A model generated the notes under the pieces. That model was not told the DNA's origin, did not search any database, and saw nothing but the letters and a program-made list of their open reading frames with translations. From Euprymna scolopes (Eukaryota), in NCBI GenBank assembly GCA_053919585.1, contig CM132819.1: DNA of 64,000 bases; one strand, given 5' to 3'. A program made the position numbers and the translations under genes. Shown here one piece after another: positions 13,787-27,310 of this stretch (position 1 is the stretch's first letter; each line of letters begins with the position of its first letter).

Positions 13787-14389
13787 GCGGGCTAATAGGA
13801 ATATAATGCAATATATTAGACAGTGTGATTCATTTTAAGATGTGTGAGTTAGTCTCACTTTTGTGGATTAAAAAACAAGAGCGCAAAACATAAAATCAAG
13901 ACAAGGAAAATATTTTATTAAATTTAATCAAATGTACGCAATTGCAAGTCAAAATGAGAAGTTAGAAATTCAATCTCTTAATGGCATGCGAGAAGAATGA
14001 AGAAAAATTCAAATAGGTAATTGAAAATTGACTTTGCTAAAATAAAGCTAGACGTATGTATTTGTGTTGGGTAAACTATGAAATTAATTAACTGATCATT
14101 ATACATTTTCGAACATGGCTGCATGGCGTGGAGGTGGGTAATATGAGCTATATTTAGTTTTTGGCAAATGGCAACTAAAATCATTTGTGAAAATTCGGAT
14201 ACCTTTGATTTTAGATAAATTTTCACTTAAGATAAATTAATATATAAACATTAAAATTTCTTTCGAGTACTTGGAAAGGATGTTTAAGACAAAGGTACAG
14301 CCTCTAAGTCATATTTTTTGTATTAATTTTGCCCAATACTAATCATACAAGGTTCTTTCAATTACAGTTCCTTCTCAACATTGCTCATA

Positions 14390-14878
14390 TTTTAGACATT
14401 TTCTTTTCTCTTCCTTGCAACCTCTATCTCACAGAAGAGATGTTGTGAGTTTGTCTCAGATGTATCGTTATTTTCATGGCAAGTGCTCGACTGAGCTTCA
14501 ATCTATGGTCCCCCCTCGCCAAACTTTCACAAGAAACACTCGTCTAGCTGTAAACACTATCAATAATTCCCCCCACTTTTTTATCTGTGCCTAAACCTAA
14601 ACGTAGATTCCATGAACAAAGCTTCTTTCTTAGAACTGCATGCCTGTGGAATTGTCTTCCGTTTTCCTGCTTTCCGGCTGACTACAATATGGTCGTGTTC
14701 AAGTCTAACGTAAATAAGTTCTTGATGAACCGTTCCATATAAGTTATCAAATTTACCAAATTTTCATTACTAATGATTACTATATTGTCCAATTTCTACT
14801 GTACACTCTTTAACCCTTATCCTTGAGTGGCCTCTTGGCCTTGATAATGTGGTGATGCCTATGTAAAAAAAAAAAAAA
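14390..14878 (+). mobile_element. Same CR1-group LINE family, 3' fragment with poly(A)
   Basis: Colinear high-identity reverse complement of 56612-57085; ends TATGTAAAAAAAAAAAAAA. Confidence 0.85.
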
Positions 14879-15961
14879 GAATCAAAATACTCTAACAAAC
14901 TTTGATCAAATTGGAATAGGAATTCTAGGCAGAGTTTAGCAGGAGTATATCTTGATTTTTATCTTCGGAAGTGATAATAAAAGTGGTGCAACACGGTTCT
15001 GTTTGAAAAATTATTTTTACCCGCCCTGTGACTGGTATTTTTCTAATTTTTTGTTTAAAATATAAAGAAATTTAAAAAATAGTGTACGAGATTTAAGACC
15101 TTTAATATAGAAAATGAACATCACAAAGTTAGCTTTTTATATCTGATTCAAGTCAATCCTTTTACGTTTTTAAAAAAAGAAACATAACAGCTGTGTTTAA
15201 TTTTTTATAAAGCTTTACTTAAAAAAAATAAATAAAAAATGAGCATCTTTATCAATCTCCCAATCACGAAAAAGAAAGAACTCTTTGATGTGTGAAGTCC
15301 AGGAAATAAGCTAAAATTTCGCAATTCCTTTAACAAGATAAATTGTATTATTACTATTATTACCAACATTCTCAAAGATTCAAAGTAATTTTAATCAAAA
15401 CTTTTATTTCATTTTATTTATTTTTTGGCTTTGAGCTGTCTGCTTCCCATATACCCAGCTCGAACCTCCACCATGACATTCCCTGTCGAGCAGAGAGAGT
15501 CTGTAATTTGCAGATGAGTCATAAAGATGAATCAATTACTTAAAATATTCCTTCTTGAATTTTAAGAGCGGATGGAAGGGGTGGGGGTTAGAGAAATGGT
15601 GTCGGAACTTCAGCAAACAACTCCCGCCAAAACTATCATTATTCTGGGTCACTTGCATTTCGACTGGTCTTCATGGCAAGAAGGCGAAACGGCAAATCAT
15701 CTGGACAAAAAGGTCGCCACAGATATTCCTTCAGCATGAAAGACCGCGAAACAGGGGAGCGGGAAGGAGAGGAGGGATGGGAATTCATTCAGTTAGAGTT
15801 TTATTAATATTGTTATTGCTAATATTGTAATAATATTTTGCAATCATGCGATATGAGAGGTGTCTTTTATGTTGATGCATATAAAATTGGGCATGCCTAC
15901 AGGAGAAATGAGAAATGAAGGAAGAGAAAAAGATCGTGTGTGAGACAAAGAGCAAGAAACG

Positions 15962-16037
<76 letters not shown>

Positions 16038-16163
16038 ACTACTTAATTTACTCAAATAAAATTAATATACGAAAGTATAGATTTATGCGTAAACTTTATT
16101 TACTTCAAAAGTGCTCAATACGTAGGTAGAGCTAGTTAGTAAGTTATAAATGTATATGACGAT

Positions 16164-16216
16164 TAAGCTACACTGAATATTTCGCATTTCATCCACTCTA
16201 GAATTCTTCAGGCTTA
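16164..16216 (-). ncRNA. Type I hammerhead ribozyme (family B), left arm of an inverted pair
   Basis: Minus strand reads TAAGC CTGAAGA ATTC-TAGAGT-GGAT GAAA TGCGAAATATTCAGTG TA GCTTA. Confidence 0.8.
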
Positions 16217-16357
16217 TAATTTTTAATTAATATTATACATCTTTTTATAACCTCTAATACGGATTGGACCTTCAATTGCCGAATACTGTCATTTAGAACT
16301 CATTGATAAACAACGCTTTTAATGATTAAGTTATATTTTTTCATCATGTATTAATGA

Positions 16358-16410
16358 TAAGCCTGAAGAATCCTAGAGCAGATGAAACGCGGAATATTCA
16401 ATGTAGCTTA
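16358..16410 (+). ncRNA. Type I hammerhead ribozyme (family B), right arm of an inverted pair
   Basis: TAAGC CTGAAGA ATCC-TAGAGC-AGAT GAAA CGCGGAATATTCAATG TA GCTTA; core intact, some stem mismatches. Confidence 0.75.
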
Positions 16411-16464
16411 ATCGCTATATACATTTCATAACTTACTATATATATATATATTCACACAAGTAAA

Positions 16465-16564
16465 CGGTGACTTGTTTCGGGGTTCGAATCATGCTAGTAA
16501 TTTAGTTGGTTATTTCTACACTGATGATTTTACAAAGATGAAACTCACACACATATATGTCTGT
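16465..16564 (+). mobile_element. B-box plus hammerhead element (family C)
   Basis: GGGGTTCGAATC B box at about 16478, then CTACA CTGATGA TTTTACAAAGAT GAAA CTCACACACATATATG TC TGT. Confidence 0.6.
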
Positions 16565-17363
16565 TTATTATACAAACATTGGTTGCATATGTGCATACAT
16601 ATTTCAATGGAATCCCAATTCAAGACCACTTAATCAGACCAAATCATTGAATTTACATCTAGGAAACCAATCTATGCAACGATAATATATTATTAATTAT
16701 TCATAACTCCATTTTGGCTGGTTTTATAAAGAGTATTAATAGAAGCCGTCAAATTTAACTTATAATTCCTTTCTACTTATGATGGCTAACTATAGCGGTC
16801 CGCTTGACATAAATAGGATTTATTTCTCATCTTATTGAAAATAGCCGCATTAAGACGAATGGAATGGAGTTAAAAATGACGCTTTATAAAGAGGTTCGAA
16901 TCGTTCAACTGTTTTGATCTTATATCTCTACGCTAATTATTCCGCACGGATGAAACGTCTGATAATTAAATATTTATCACTAAATGCTCTCTATATATCG
17001 TTGAGACTATAAATGAAGCACGTTCCATTAGTTGCTAGTGTTTATATAAGCATTGAGATTTCACTTTTCAATGATGCCTACCTTACATCCCAATTGTTAG
17101 AATCACCGACTACCAATTATAGGTTCGATTCGGTCGAGTAACATAAAAGAACTACGACAGAGCAAAACAGTGTGTTACAGTAAATACTGCGTTTCTTAAG
17201 ATAAAATGATCAGAGTGCTCAATTTCTTTTATAAGTGCATAATATATACATATGATTACTATAAAATAGTTAAAACTATAGACTTTATATCAGACACATT
17301 CCCAATGAGTAGAATTTCACGTCCCCTCAAGAAACCACTCGTGCATATATTCCTGTTATAGTC

Positions 17364-17399
<36 letters not shown>

Positions 17400-18900
17400 T
17401 AAGAGCTTTTATACAGGAAGAGTTGGAGAACTAAGGCAGAGTAGAATTAAGACGAGAATCTGTTGGATTTATATGCAAATAATATTTGAAAGTTGCCAAC
17501 ATGTTTGGCATTTATTCCCCAATAACATTTGGTGGACGATGCAAAAACAAATCCATTTTTAGTTAAAATAGCAAAGTTGGCAGCAAAGAACCCTTAACCA
17601 GAAAATAAAAAAAATAAAAAATTTTTACAAAAACATACCAGCAAATGCTTAGATTGATTGAAGATATTGTTTTATTATTTGCTAGTAGATTTTAAAAGAA
17701 AATGTTTTGATTCAGTAGAATAAGAATAAAGTTTTTCGTTTTCTGTAAAATGGTAATTCCAGAGAACAGGAAGAACATTAAGAGAAAGAATCATAGTAGG
17801 CGATGTCTATTTCCTTTCAGTTTACTTCTGCCATATCCTGGCAACTCTTGCTCAGCTATCATTCTCTACATATCCACTTTTCTTCTCTCTCGCTCAACAC
17901 AGTACTTCTTTTCTCCTCTATCTCTGCACATCTACTTCTTTCCTTCCCTCTCTCTACATATAATTCTTTATTTGCTATATTCTTACGTAGTTTATAATAT
18001 TTATATAAACATTGAGACTTGTTTTTTTATCTGTGACTTATCTACGAACACCGAAGGCTTAACATCACTGATTAATAAGAAAATGTTTTTGCTTAGATTC
18101 TTTTCTTGCTACAAATCAAGAGATGTGATACAGCGAAACACTACATTATTATAGCTAGAGATCCACATTGACGTCTTTAAAAAATACGGCTATTGGCTGG
18201 GGATAACATGCACACACCATGAGTGATATAATTGATCTGCCATTTTAGTATATATATATATATATATATATTAGTAGCAGGGAAACTCAAAGTTATCCGT
18301 GACTAAATAAAAATTAATGAATATTCCACACTTGAAATACTTTCATTATTGGCAAAATCGCTCATTTTTCAATCAAATTCACTGTCTGCTAAAGGCGGGG
18401 ACTTGGCGTGGTGCATAAAAAAAATGCTACACATGCCTTCCTTCAGTGACAGGCCACAATATGTTGTCTACATTGCACTGTAGAGAACCTACTGTTGGTT
18501 TATCAAATTATTTTATATAATGGCTTGAATAAACGTTTAAAAGGCAAAAATCAAGTATCATTGTAATTTATACTCTAAACAAACATTCATTTCGAAAACG
18601 CCCGTCATATCAAAGAATCTATTGCTGATTTTAGACTCTATGGCCCTCTGCTTGTGCGATGATGACACTTCTCGAATGCACTTGTGATGTTAGGCTGTAT
18701 AAGGCTGTTGACTTTTTTCATAAACAGACTGTTCGTTCTTTAACCGATTTTTTTTCAATTATCGATACTTATCAGAGGCATTCTGATACAGCCTCTATGT
18801 AAGAACACTCCCAGACACAAAGTAATCTTGTGAGCAATACAAAAATCGGGCCAGTCGTTTCAGATTTAATAGGAACTGAATGCACGCAAAGATAGAATGC

Positions 18901-18935
<35 letters not shown>

Positions 18936-20319
18936 CACATACACTTGTGCACACCTACATATTTATTTCTATTAAATTATATAAGTGACTCAAATATCAA
19001 GTCCAGTTCGAAATTCCCAGAATATTACTAACTATGCCAAAACGCATAAAGAAGGCCAGAGAGTATGAACGCCGAATCGTTAACATAAAGATTACGAAAA
19101 CAAGCTGAAATATGTAAATAATAGCAATATCTAAAATAGAGGATTAGTCTGCTTCAAATATGGGCTCTTGACATAAATTGCCTGCACTCTCTTGGGGCCG
19201 ATTTGATAAGTTGGAAAGCCGTGAGGGCACATCGAGAGAACCTTGCTTTTATTTGTAGACACACAAGCTTATGGTAGAGGGGAGCTAGCTAAAAAGCAAA
19301 CAAAATCTGATGAAATGGGCATGGCCTCTCCCCGTGGAATCGCCTGCAGAATATGGCTATGCTATAAAATTCTTCTCCATTTTGATCAGAATATTTCTAT
19401 CTTGCTTGTCAGGAGTTTTGTAATATTTTAAAACTAAAATGTGTCAGGTTCAGTAGCCCCTTCTAAAAAAAGGGGGCTCTATTCAGCAACCGCACGCTGT
19501 CACTGATAGCAGAGACTGTCAAATGTAGGATTTGTAGGCAAATGAGGAGAAGGAAATTTGATCTTCAATAATTGTTCGCTTACAGAGGGACTGACACACG
19601 TCTTCACCAATGTCAGTTGTCAAGGGACCTGGCTTGAATTTTTTTTTTCCTACAGAACATTGCTGTAGAACTAACAGTTTCTTTCCTTTATCCATCACAG
19701 ACAAAAACAAACTTAAACAAAACATGTCAGTGTAAAAGAAGAAAAAAAAGAAAATGATTGCTAAAAGCCACAAGAAATATTCCAGACAGCGAAAAAAGTC
19801 ACAATATTTTGACAATGTGGCCATTATCAAGACTGGAGTATGCATCTTATGATGTCTTTTAGGAGTTCTCGGTAAGGAAACATTGGGCCAGATTGAGGTG
19901 GGTCGGGTACTGGAAGCATATCTAGTGCGTAGAGTCAACAATAAGCTTAAGCACAATAACACTTCTATGACGTTACTATAACTTAAGTAAAGAAAATAAA
20001 TATGCACAAATGTTAGTTACGAGTTGTATTATTACGAATAATATTCTCATTTTGGTTGGTATTTTTACAACGTTTCAGCCGATGTTATTTTCAATTATCT
20101 TCATGTACATCTTTTCGAACCTAGAAAGCTTTATATTGAACTCGGGAACTTATACTTGATTTTGAACTGAACTATATTTAATACACAGTGGTTGATTGTT
20201 CATAATCCATCAGCCATGACACGATAATTATTAATGACCAGACAAGGCGACAGGGGAGACAACCAAGAAAATATCCGAGGTTAAATTCATCCCAAAGCAG
20301 AAACACTGGCTTGCTAGGA

Positions 20320-20357
<38 letters not shown>

Positions 20358-21322
20358 GTATGTTAATTTGGGCATAAATTATTGGTTTGAAAATATTGGT
20401 TCTTTTTCACCAATTGTCATAAAATTTAAACCATAAAATAGTATTATAATCTTCTAAAAGCCTTTAAATTTTCATGTAGTTTCGACGCATAGAACCAAAG
20501 ATATGAGGATTTCAATATTCAATTTGGCAACGAGTATAAATATGTCCATATATAGATATACTACTTTTGAAAGCAATTTTATGTGTGAAATCTCGGCAAC
20601 TACTGATAGGAATTTAACAAATGAAGGCTCGTTGGAAAGCTAATGATCTGAATTGTGTTATATGATTTGTGACATTTGTCGGTACGGTCGCACATTACCG
20701 TTAAAAGTTAAATGAGCACCCACTTTATGGCTACCTTGGCTATAAAGTGGAGGTTCATTTTACATTTATTTTAAAAAAGTTATCCCCTCACTTTATCATT
20801 CGGTCATACTTTGGAAACTACTAGTTTCCTGGGATTTTTACAATTATTTTCATTTTCAGCACAATCGAAAATCTATAATAGTGGTAATTTTAAACGATTT
20901 TTTGTGGGTCGAAAGATACTGCACACTTACCAATATTTCAATATTAGTCATTTGTTTTCCTAGTTTTGCATATGAATTACAAAATATCGGATATTTCCCC
21001 AAAACCTCTGCCTTTGAGGGAAGGGAGGCAAAACTTGCTGCTAGGGTTTCAAATGATCTGAAATAACAGCAAGGGGAAACTGGATTCGAAATATTTCTCA
21101 TATGTTATATCTCTCCTCTTTTGGAAAAAGGATAGGATTATGAACAGCTCCAGTATCAAATAAGCTTCATACACTATGAAATTTACTTGATCTACGAGAA
21201 CCAAAGTGGGGAGATATAATATATGACACATTTGGAATCAACGTTGCTGCTATTTCAGATCGTTTGACACCATAGCAGCTACTTTTTGTTCCCCCTCCAT
21301 TAAGGCCAGAGGTTTGGGGGAA

Positions 21323-21374
<52 letters not shown>

Positions 21375-22279
21375 GCATACATACCCACTAACAGGTCACC
21401 GGACTTTTCCTGATGGTCAAATATGATATTTTGCTTCATGCAGATTTCGTATTTGTTACTATAGAGCTCAGTCTCTATTGATTATATTGTACCCAATATA
21501 TAGTAATGATTTCAAAATTGGAAAAATAGGACTTGGGTGCCATCACCAAGAATAAAAACATGACTTTCTAGCCTTTTTTCTTACTGTATGAACATGTATG
21601 ATGGATATCAAAACTCTAAAAATTAGCCAACTTTAACGTATAAATGTACACTTGTGCATGCATAGAGAAGCATTTTAATTCGACTTAAGCCTGCGAAGTT
21701 CCAATTTTTTTTCAAGTTTGACCCTTTAAGAGCCGTTTTTACCTGATAAAAAACAAGTCAAATTTTATCTACTGGTCCAAATGCTCTATGTTTAAAGTTT
21801 CAAGTCTAAGCCAAAAATTGACAGTAGTTTGGTAGAGACAATTCTTCATACAGACAAGCTCAGTTATATATAAACATTTCAAATGTCTTTTTAAATGCAA
21901 TTATGTTTCTGTATGTATTGTATCAAGTCACAACCAAATTTAATGAAAATGATTCATCCAAAATACAAATTGGAGATTTCATATAATCAAATGTTGCAAA
22001 CAGTAATATATGTATTTATATATGTACAAAAGAGCAGGTTTTAGAGCTTATAAATATACACATAAAGACCTCAGAAAAATGAGCTACAGAAACCTTTGTT
22101 TCATTTCCGAGAAAAGGATCATATTCATGCATTTAGCCGGATGCGTTTCTGCGGGAATAAAAAACTTCTTTGAATTTTATTTTTCACACATGCATTGTAA
22201 TACTAAACTAATAATATATGAAGCATTGTTGAAATAAATACTGAAAAATAAACTTAAATAGTCCATTCTCTCTAATCTT

Positions 22280-22722
22280 TCTCTTAACGACCAATGAACA
22301 CCACAAGACAAAATGCAATTCTTTTTTCCAACAAGATGGCGGTACATGCCACACGTCTCAAACATCACTGACACGAGTTCATGACATGTTTACGGAAGAA
22401 AGAATAACAAGCAAAGGGCCACCATTTTCCTCGGATTTATGGGATTTTTATCTTTGCGGGATTTTAAAACAAAAATGTATGCGACTAATCCTCATAATCT
22501 AGACCAACTAAAGGAGAACTATACCAACGCAATCAGGAGAATCACCAGAGAATATCTACAGGCAATATCTGCAAACGTTGTTAAACGTGCTCATAAATGC
22601 ATAGATGGCAACGGAGAGCACTTCCAGCATCTTTTATAACACTGCGGGTTATTTAAACAATAAAATAATGTTCCTCTTCTCTACTACATTTTCGGCGCTA
22701 CTTTATAAGTGTGGCAACCCTG
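22280..22722 (+). mobile_element. Tc1/mariner transposase 3' fragment with right end
   Basis: FFQQDGGTCH, then K..YATNP.NL.QLKE...AI..I...L......VKR...CI..NGEHFQHLL; ends GGCAACCCTG followed by TA. Confidence 0.85.
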
Positions 22723-23284
22723 TATCTAAATTTTTAATGCCTACAAAAGACTAATATATGTATTTTATATGGATGTTTGCCATGTGCACAAGCAGAAAAC
22801 GGTGTTAATAGGGTCTGAAATGATCGAAATATATTTTTTTTTATATTTGAATATTTGGGAGAAAATTAAGAATAGAACCAAAAATTTGTATTCCGTTTTC
22901 TAAGACTAAGTGTACCAATATGGTTATATTTTATGTTATTATACATCAAAATCTAATTGTCATCTTTGGACATTTCTTATCCGAGAATGGAAAAAAAAAT
23001 CATTGTTTTTTTTTTGTAAAAGGAGAAAACTTCTCCAGAAATATCAAAATATCTGAAATATAAAAAAACATAGAATCTATTGACATTAAGTGAAAGATTT
23101 TCTGGTAAGTTTTCGAGGGAAATATATATGTATCCAATTATTTCTTCTTGTTTATCTTTTTTTATCGTTTTGTCTTTCAACACTACAAAAATCTTTATTA
23201 AATAATTATTTATTTACCAGTAATGCTTCAAACAAATAACTATGCTCTTATATAAGAAATGCATAAATAGTTTTCATGTCTTAC

Positions 23285-23496
23285 CTTAAATGTGTATTTG
23301 GCATCCCTTTTTAGACCTTTGAACGTATAATTCTGATACACAGTCAAAATACGGGTGACATTGTTCCGATTATCATTCGGATAATACATCACCTCATACA
23401 TCTCTATCTTGCTATGAGGAGTTCGTGGGTTGTCCCAAATAAGGATCAGATCAGTGCCAGTTTTCTCGTGCCGGATATTCACAGGTTTTCCTGGAA
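23285..23496 (-). CDS. Eph: Eph receptor exon: most of FN3 domain 2 (VPGKPVNIRHEKTGTDLILIWDNPRTPHSKIEMYEVMYYPNDNRNNVTRILTVYQNYTFKGLKRDAKYTFK)
   Basis: TTGTTTAG acceptor, AAG|GTAAGA donor; 212 bp, phase 1/0; FN3 W..P, YEV.Y and GL....Y.F motifs; lies inside ORF 23240..23521. Confidence 0.95.
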
Positions 23497-24204
23497 CTAA
23501 ACAAAAACAGGACATAATCAAACAATAGAAAAAAGATATTTGAGGAATTCAAATTTCGTACTAAAATTGATAATTTAACGTTGAGTTAAACCAAGAATTG
23601 CATTGGAAAACAAACGTTATTAGACTAATTAGAATTGCTGTTGTTGATCACTTTCTTTTCCTTTTATCCATCTCTTGTTCAAAACTGATCAGTATAATTT
23701 CTAATAACCTTGATAATATTTCGTTTCTTATCAATAAAAACTTTATCAGTCATTTTGATATTTTTTATTAATAAAGAAACGAAATATAATTTTTAACATC
23801 TGTCGTCTATATTTTGCAGTTGTGCAACTTTTCGTTTACTTTTCGGCACGTTCTAGCAATTTTGCATAGATCATATGAAATAATTACAATGATTATAAGA
23901 TTTAATATTAATAAATTACTGTTTAATTTCAGTTTGGATGATCTGAAATCTTTTTCGCTGGTTGGCTGCTGCTGTTGTGCCATCTTTATTTGGTGAATTC
24001 AGCTTCTTTTGGGACACTGTATATTTTCGCTCTTTGCATGAGATTGCTTCATGCCTTTTCTTGAGCTTTTTCCATAAAATATGCTTCAATTTATTGTATT
24101 GTCAGATGGTTTACAGGTTTATTATTCATTAGCCTGGGTGTCCAGCGTTGTCCGGGTGTTTAGAAGTGTGTGTTGAGCAAAAAAAAAGGGGGGGGGTTGT
24201 AGGC

Positions 24205-24553
24205 AGACAAGCTCGAACCCGTAACGCGAAGGAGGAAAAGAACGTGGAAAAAAAGTGACGTCTTTGCCGTTGCATCCATCACCAAGCCGGAAGTGGCGAA
24301 GGTTTAAACTAGGGGATGACTTTCGAAAATATCGGCGAAAAAGGCGACCCATCCTGGTAAAAATATGTCCAGTGAACAAAGTGAAAAAAAAAATTGTCGA
24401 ATTAATGTTTTTAGCCAATTTTTCGATCTTTGTCCTCCGAAGGGTTGAGCTTCAAAACGATAACGATCCCGTGAAAACCGGTCGCCTCTATCGAAAGTTT
24501 TAGGCATATATACATACATACATAAACAGACATGTGACATTTATATTATAGAT
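24205..24553 (+). mobile_element. Probable non-autonomous Helitron/DINE-like element
   Basis: Starts ACAAGCTCGAACCCGTAACG and ends with (CATA)n, ACAGACA and TTTATATTATAGAT; GC-richer than its flanks. Confidence 0.45.
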
Positions 24554-24619
24554 TATTAAAACACATTTACAGAGAAACTATAGAAAAAGGATAGCTAAAA
24601 GCAAATTCATATTCATACT

Positions 24620-24960
24620 TTGAGAAATATATAGTTAAGTGTTAACTGTCATTCCGTCTTTAGTCGATTTCATTTTAATTATTCGTTTTAAGTGTCCGTT
24701 TCACACGCTGACATGTGTTGGACAGCTTTTAGAAATTGATTTCCACACTAATCATTGTTTGATCAGATCTTTATTGCAAGTTTATGTTCATTACTTCTGC
24801 CTATATTTTCCTTAACTTTCTCCTGTGATTAATAATTACTAATCACAATATATTCCCTATATCTTTGTAGACTTAATTTTCTGTGTTCCTCCTTTGCCGC
24901 AATTTTTTAACTTTGTTCTTGAAAATATCTTAATGCTGTCAAGGGAATAGATAGACCTCC
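24620..24960 (-). mobile_element. Decayed RTE-clade LINE 3' tail
   Basis: GTCCGTTTCACACGCTGACATGTGTTGGACAGCTTTTAGAAATTGATTTCC is similar to the tails at 38790, 44030 and (inverted) 6350-6400. Confidence 0.5.
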
Positions 24961-26149
24961 GTCGAGAAATCTTTGTGTGAGGAACAGTTATAATGTTATG
25001 TAATCATTACGTGATGAATCACGTGATAAATATTTAAGCGTTGTCAAGGTCATAGAAAATAAAACCAATGAAAAGAAAATCATTTGAACTGTAAAAAGAA
25101 AAATGTAATGAAAAAGATGAAGTTAATATTAGTTCAAAGAAAGATTAATCAAAATTATATTTGGTTCCTTCAAATAGAAAATTTAAATAAAACCCATGAA
25201 GGAATATTTTAACACGTGCCTATCAAAAGATCACAAAAAGAAAACGTTCATTTTTATTTTTTTGTTTTTTTAGAAAGATTGGCAGAGGCTTCAAATCGTG
25301 TAAAACAGTTTTATGTTTGTATGAAAAAGTTAAGGTGAAAAGGAAAATTACATTTGTCTTTAAAAGATTAAACAGAAAAAAACGAATAGTGAAAAATAAA
25401 AAAGATATGAAGAGAGAAAGGCGAAAAGTTCTAGCTTCATCTTGATTTCATAGAAGATGCATTTCTTGGAAAATGGTTGTAATTGAATCCATTCAGAATA
25501 AAGTGGATTAACAAATTATCTTTATGGGATCTTTCGGCTTTTTTGAGGGTGCCAACACTTGGCACATCCTGAAATACTTTGAGATTGCCCTAAAAGGATG
25601 TTTATTCTTTCGCACCTTCGATGTACAGAAAGAGAAATCTGTACTAAGCGTTACTCTCTAATGGATGGAAGAAGTTAAAAGAAGAAAAGAACGTCAGGAG
25701 CTTTAATTAGAAAAGCTGTACTTAGAACCAATTTTATGAAAAAAATAATTCCAAAATATTCACGATAAATAGCATAAATAAATTATTTCACATATAAAAA
25801 TTGTCTACTTCAGAAATTTAATGAAACTACAGAGAACATATTTCAACTTAATTATCCAGAACTTCAACTATTGCCTCTGCAATCTAAAGGCCATCAACAC
25901 CTTCCCTCTCCATGCTATAGTTAGTTGGGAAACAGTTACATGGTATTGTATTCTGCAGACGGATTGTCTTTGTGCATAAGTCTTTTAAGTTTTAGGTACA
26001 CAAGAAAATAGATCTTTCTTTTTTACGGTGGTTGTAGATACGAGTTTTTATTGAAAATATTGTACAGAGAGAAACGAAAGAGTGGAACACCTATGGAATT
26101 TTCTTTCTTTTTTTTTCGCATTATAAATATTTTATTAATGCGAAAGATT

Positions 26150-26302
26150 NNNNNNNNNNNNNNNNNNNNNNNNNNNNNNNNNNNNNNNNNNNNNNNNNNN
26201 NNNNNNNNNNNNNNNNNNNNNNNNNNNNNNNNNNNNNNNNNNNNNNNNNNNNNNNNNNNNNNNNNNNNNNNNNNNNNNNNNNNNNNNNNNNNNNNNNNNN
26301 NN
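26150..26302. other. Assembly gap (N run)
   Basis: 153 Ns. Confidence 0.99.
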
Positions 26303-27310
26303 CTATATGCATATATATGTATGAATAAATATATGAACTTAAACATATATTTGTTTTCTATACAAATGACCATGTTTGCATGTGTGTGAAGAACAGTCTC
26401 TACCAAATACTGATAATTTTTGGTCTGCAAACTTAAAACTTGATACATAGATGATTTAGATAGGTGGAACAAATTCAATTTATTTCAAAATATCTCGGAT
26501 CAAAATTGCAAAAAAAATGGATCTTGGCAGATGGAAGTTGACTAAACTTGTATCTTCTAAACTTGCGCACATATACATTTATATGTAAAAAGTTGGTTAT
26601 TTTTTAAAGTTGTCTTATCCATCTGCCTTTATTTAAGACGGTGTCAAATAAGGCTTTGGTTTATGGCTCCAAAGCCATTTTTTAAACTTTTGAAATCAGT
26701 ACTATACAGTATCAATAGAGAATTGGTTTTATATTAATAAATATGAAATCTGCATGAATTAAAATGTCATATTTAAGCATAATTTACGACCCAGAAACGC
26801 TTGGTGGCGTGATAGTTTTAATATATATTCAAGTACACACCACAGTATATGATCGATGTACAAGCTTTTTAGTGTTTATTAAATTCTCTTTCATTTCCTA
26901 TTAAAACTTTTCTTTCAAGGAATCAATCAACTGCATAATATTTATTACTTAGCACCGTGTTAATGGAGGGTGAAGGTTCAATCTCTAGTATAGGCATTAT
27001 TAAGTATACAAGGTCCTGTTCGAAAATTCCATACAATTTGACATAAATATACACCTAGAAAAATGTCGGTGGTTTCATCGGCCGGAACGTTGAAATTACT
27101 ATCCAAGATGAGAACAGTAGTTCAAATAACGTAAGTCCTCATCTAAAACAAATCCGAAATAAAATTAAATAAATCTAGATGAATTATTCGTTTAAGGGCA
27201 ACAGTAATTATGAAATACAGTTGCTCGGAAGTGAGAAAAATTAAATGAATTTCTTTCTAAAAAACATTGTAAGAATCTCAGTAAGACACTAAAGAAATAT
27301 ATGTATTTGA

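Larger units (their letters stand above)
16137..16438. mobile_element. 302-bp element with ~80-bp inverted arms, each containing a hammerhead
   Basis: Arm 16137-16217 is the imperfect reverse complement of 16357-16438; (TA)n follows at the right end. Confidence 0.75.

Noticed and set aside
12585-13838. Long ORFs (408 aa and 367 aa) on both strands
   Set aside because: They are translations of a 24-bp minisatellite with essentially no synonymous variation; intronic.
17082-17151. Possible cassette exon with AG and GT boundaries (minus strand)
   Set aside because: 70 nt, not frame-preserving, has an in-frame stop and no homology; no independent support.
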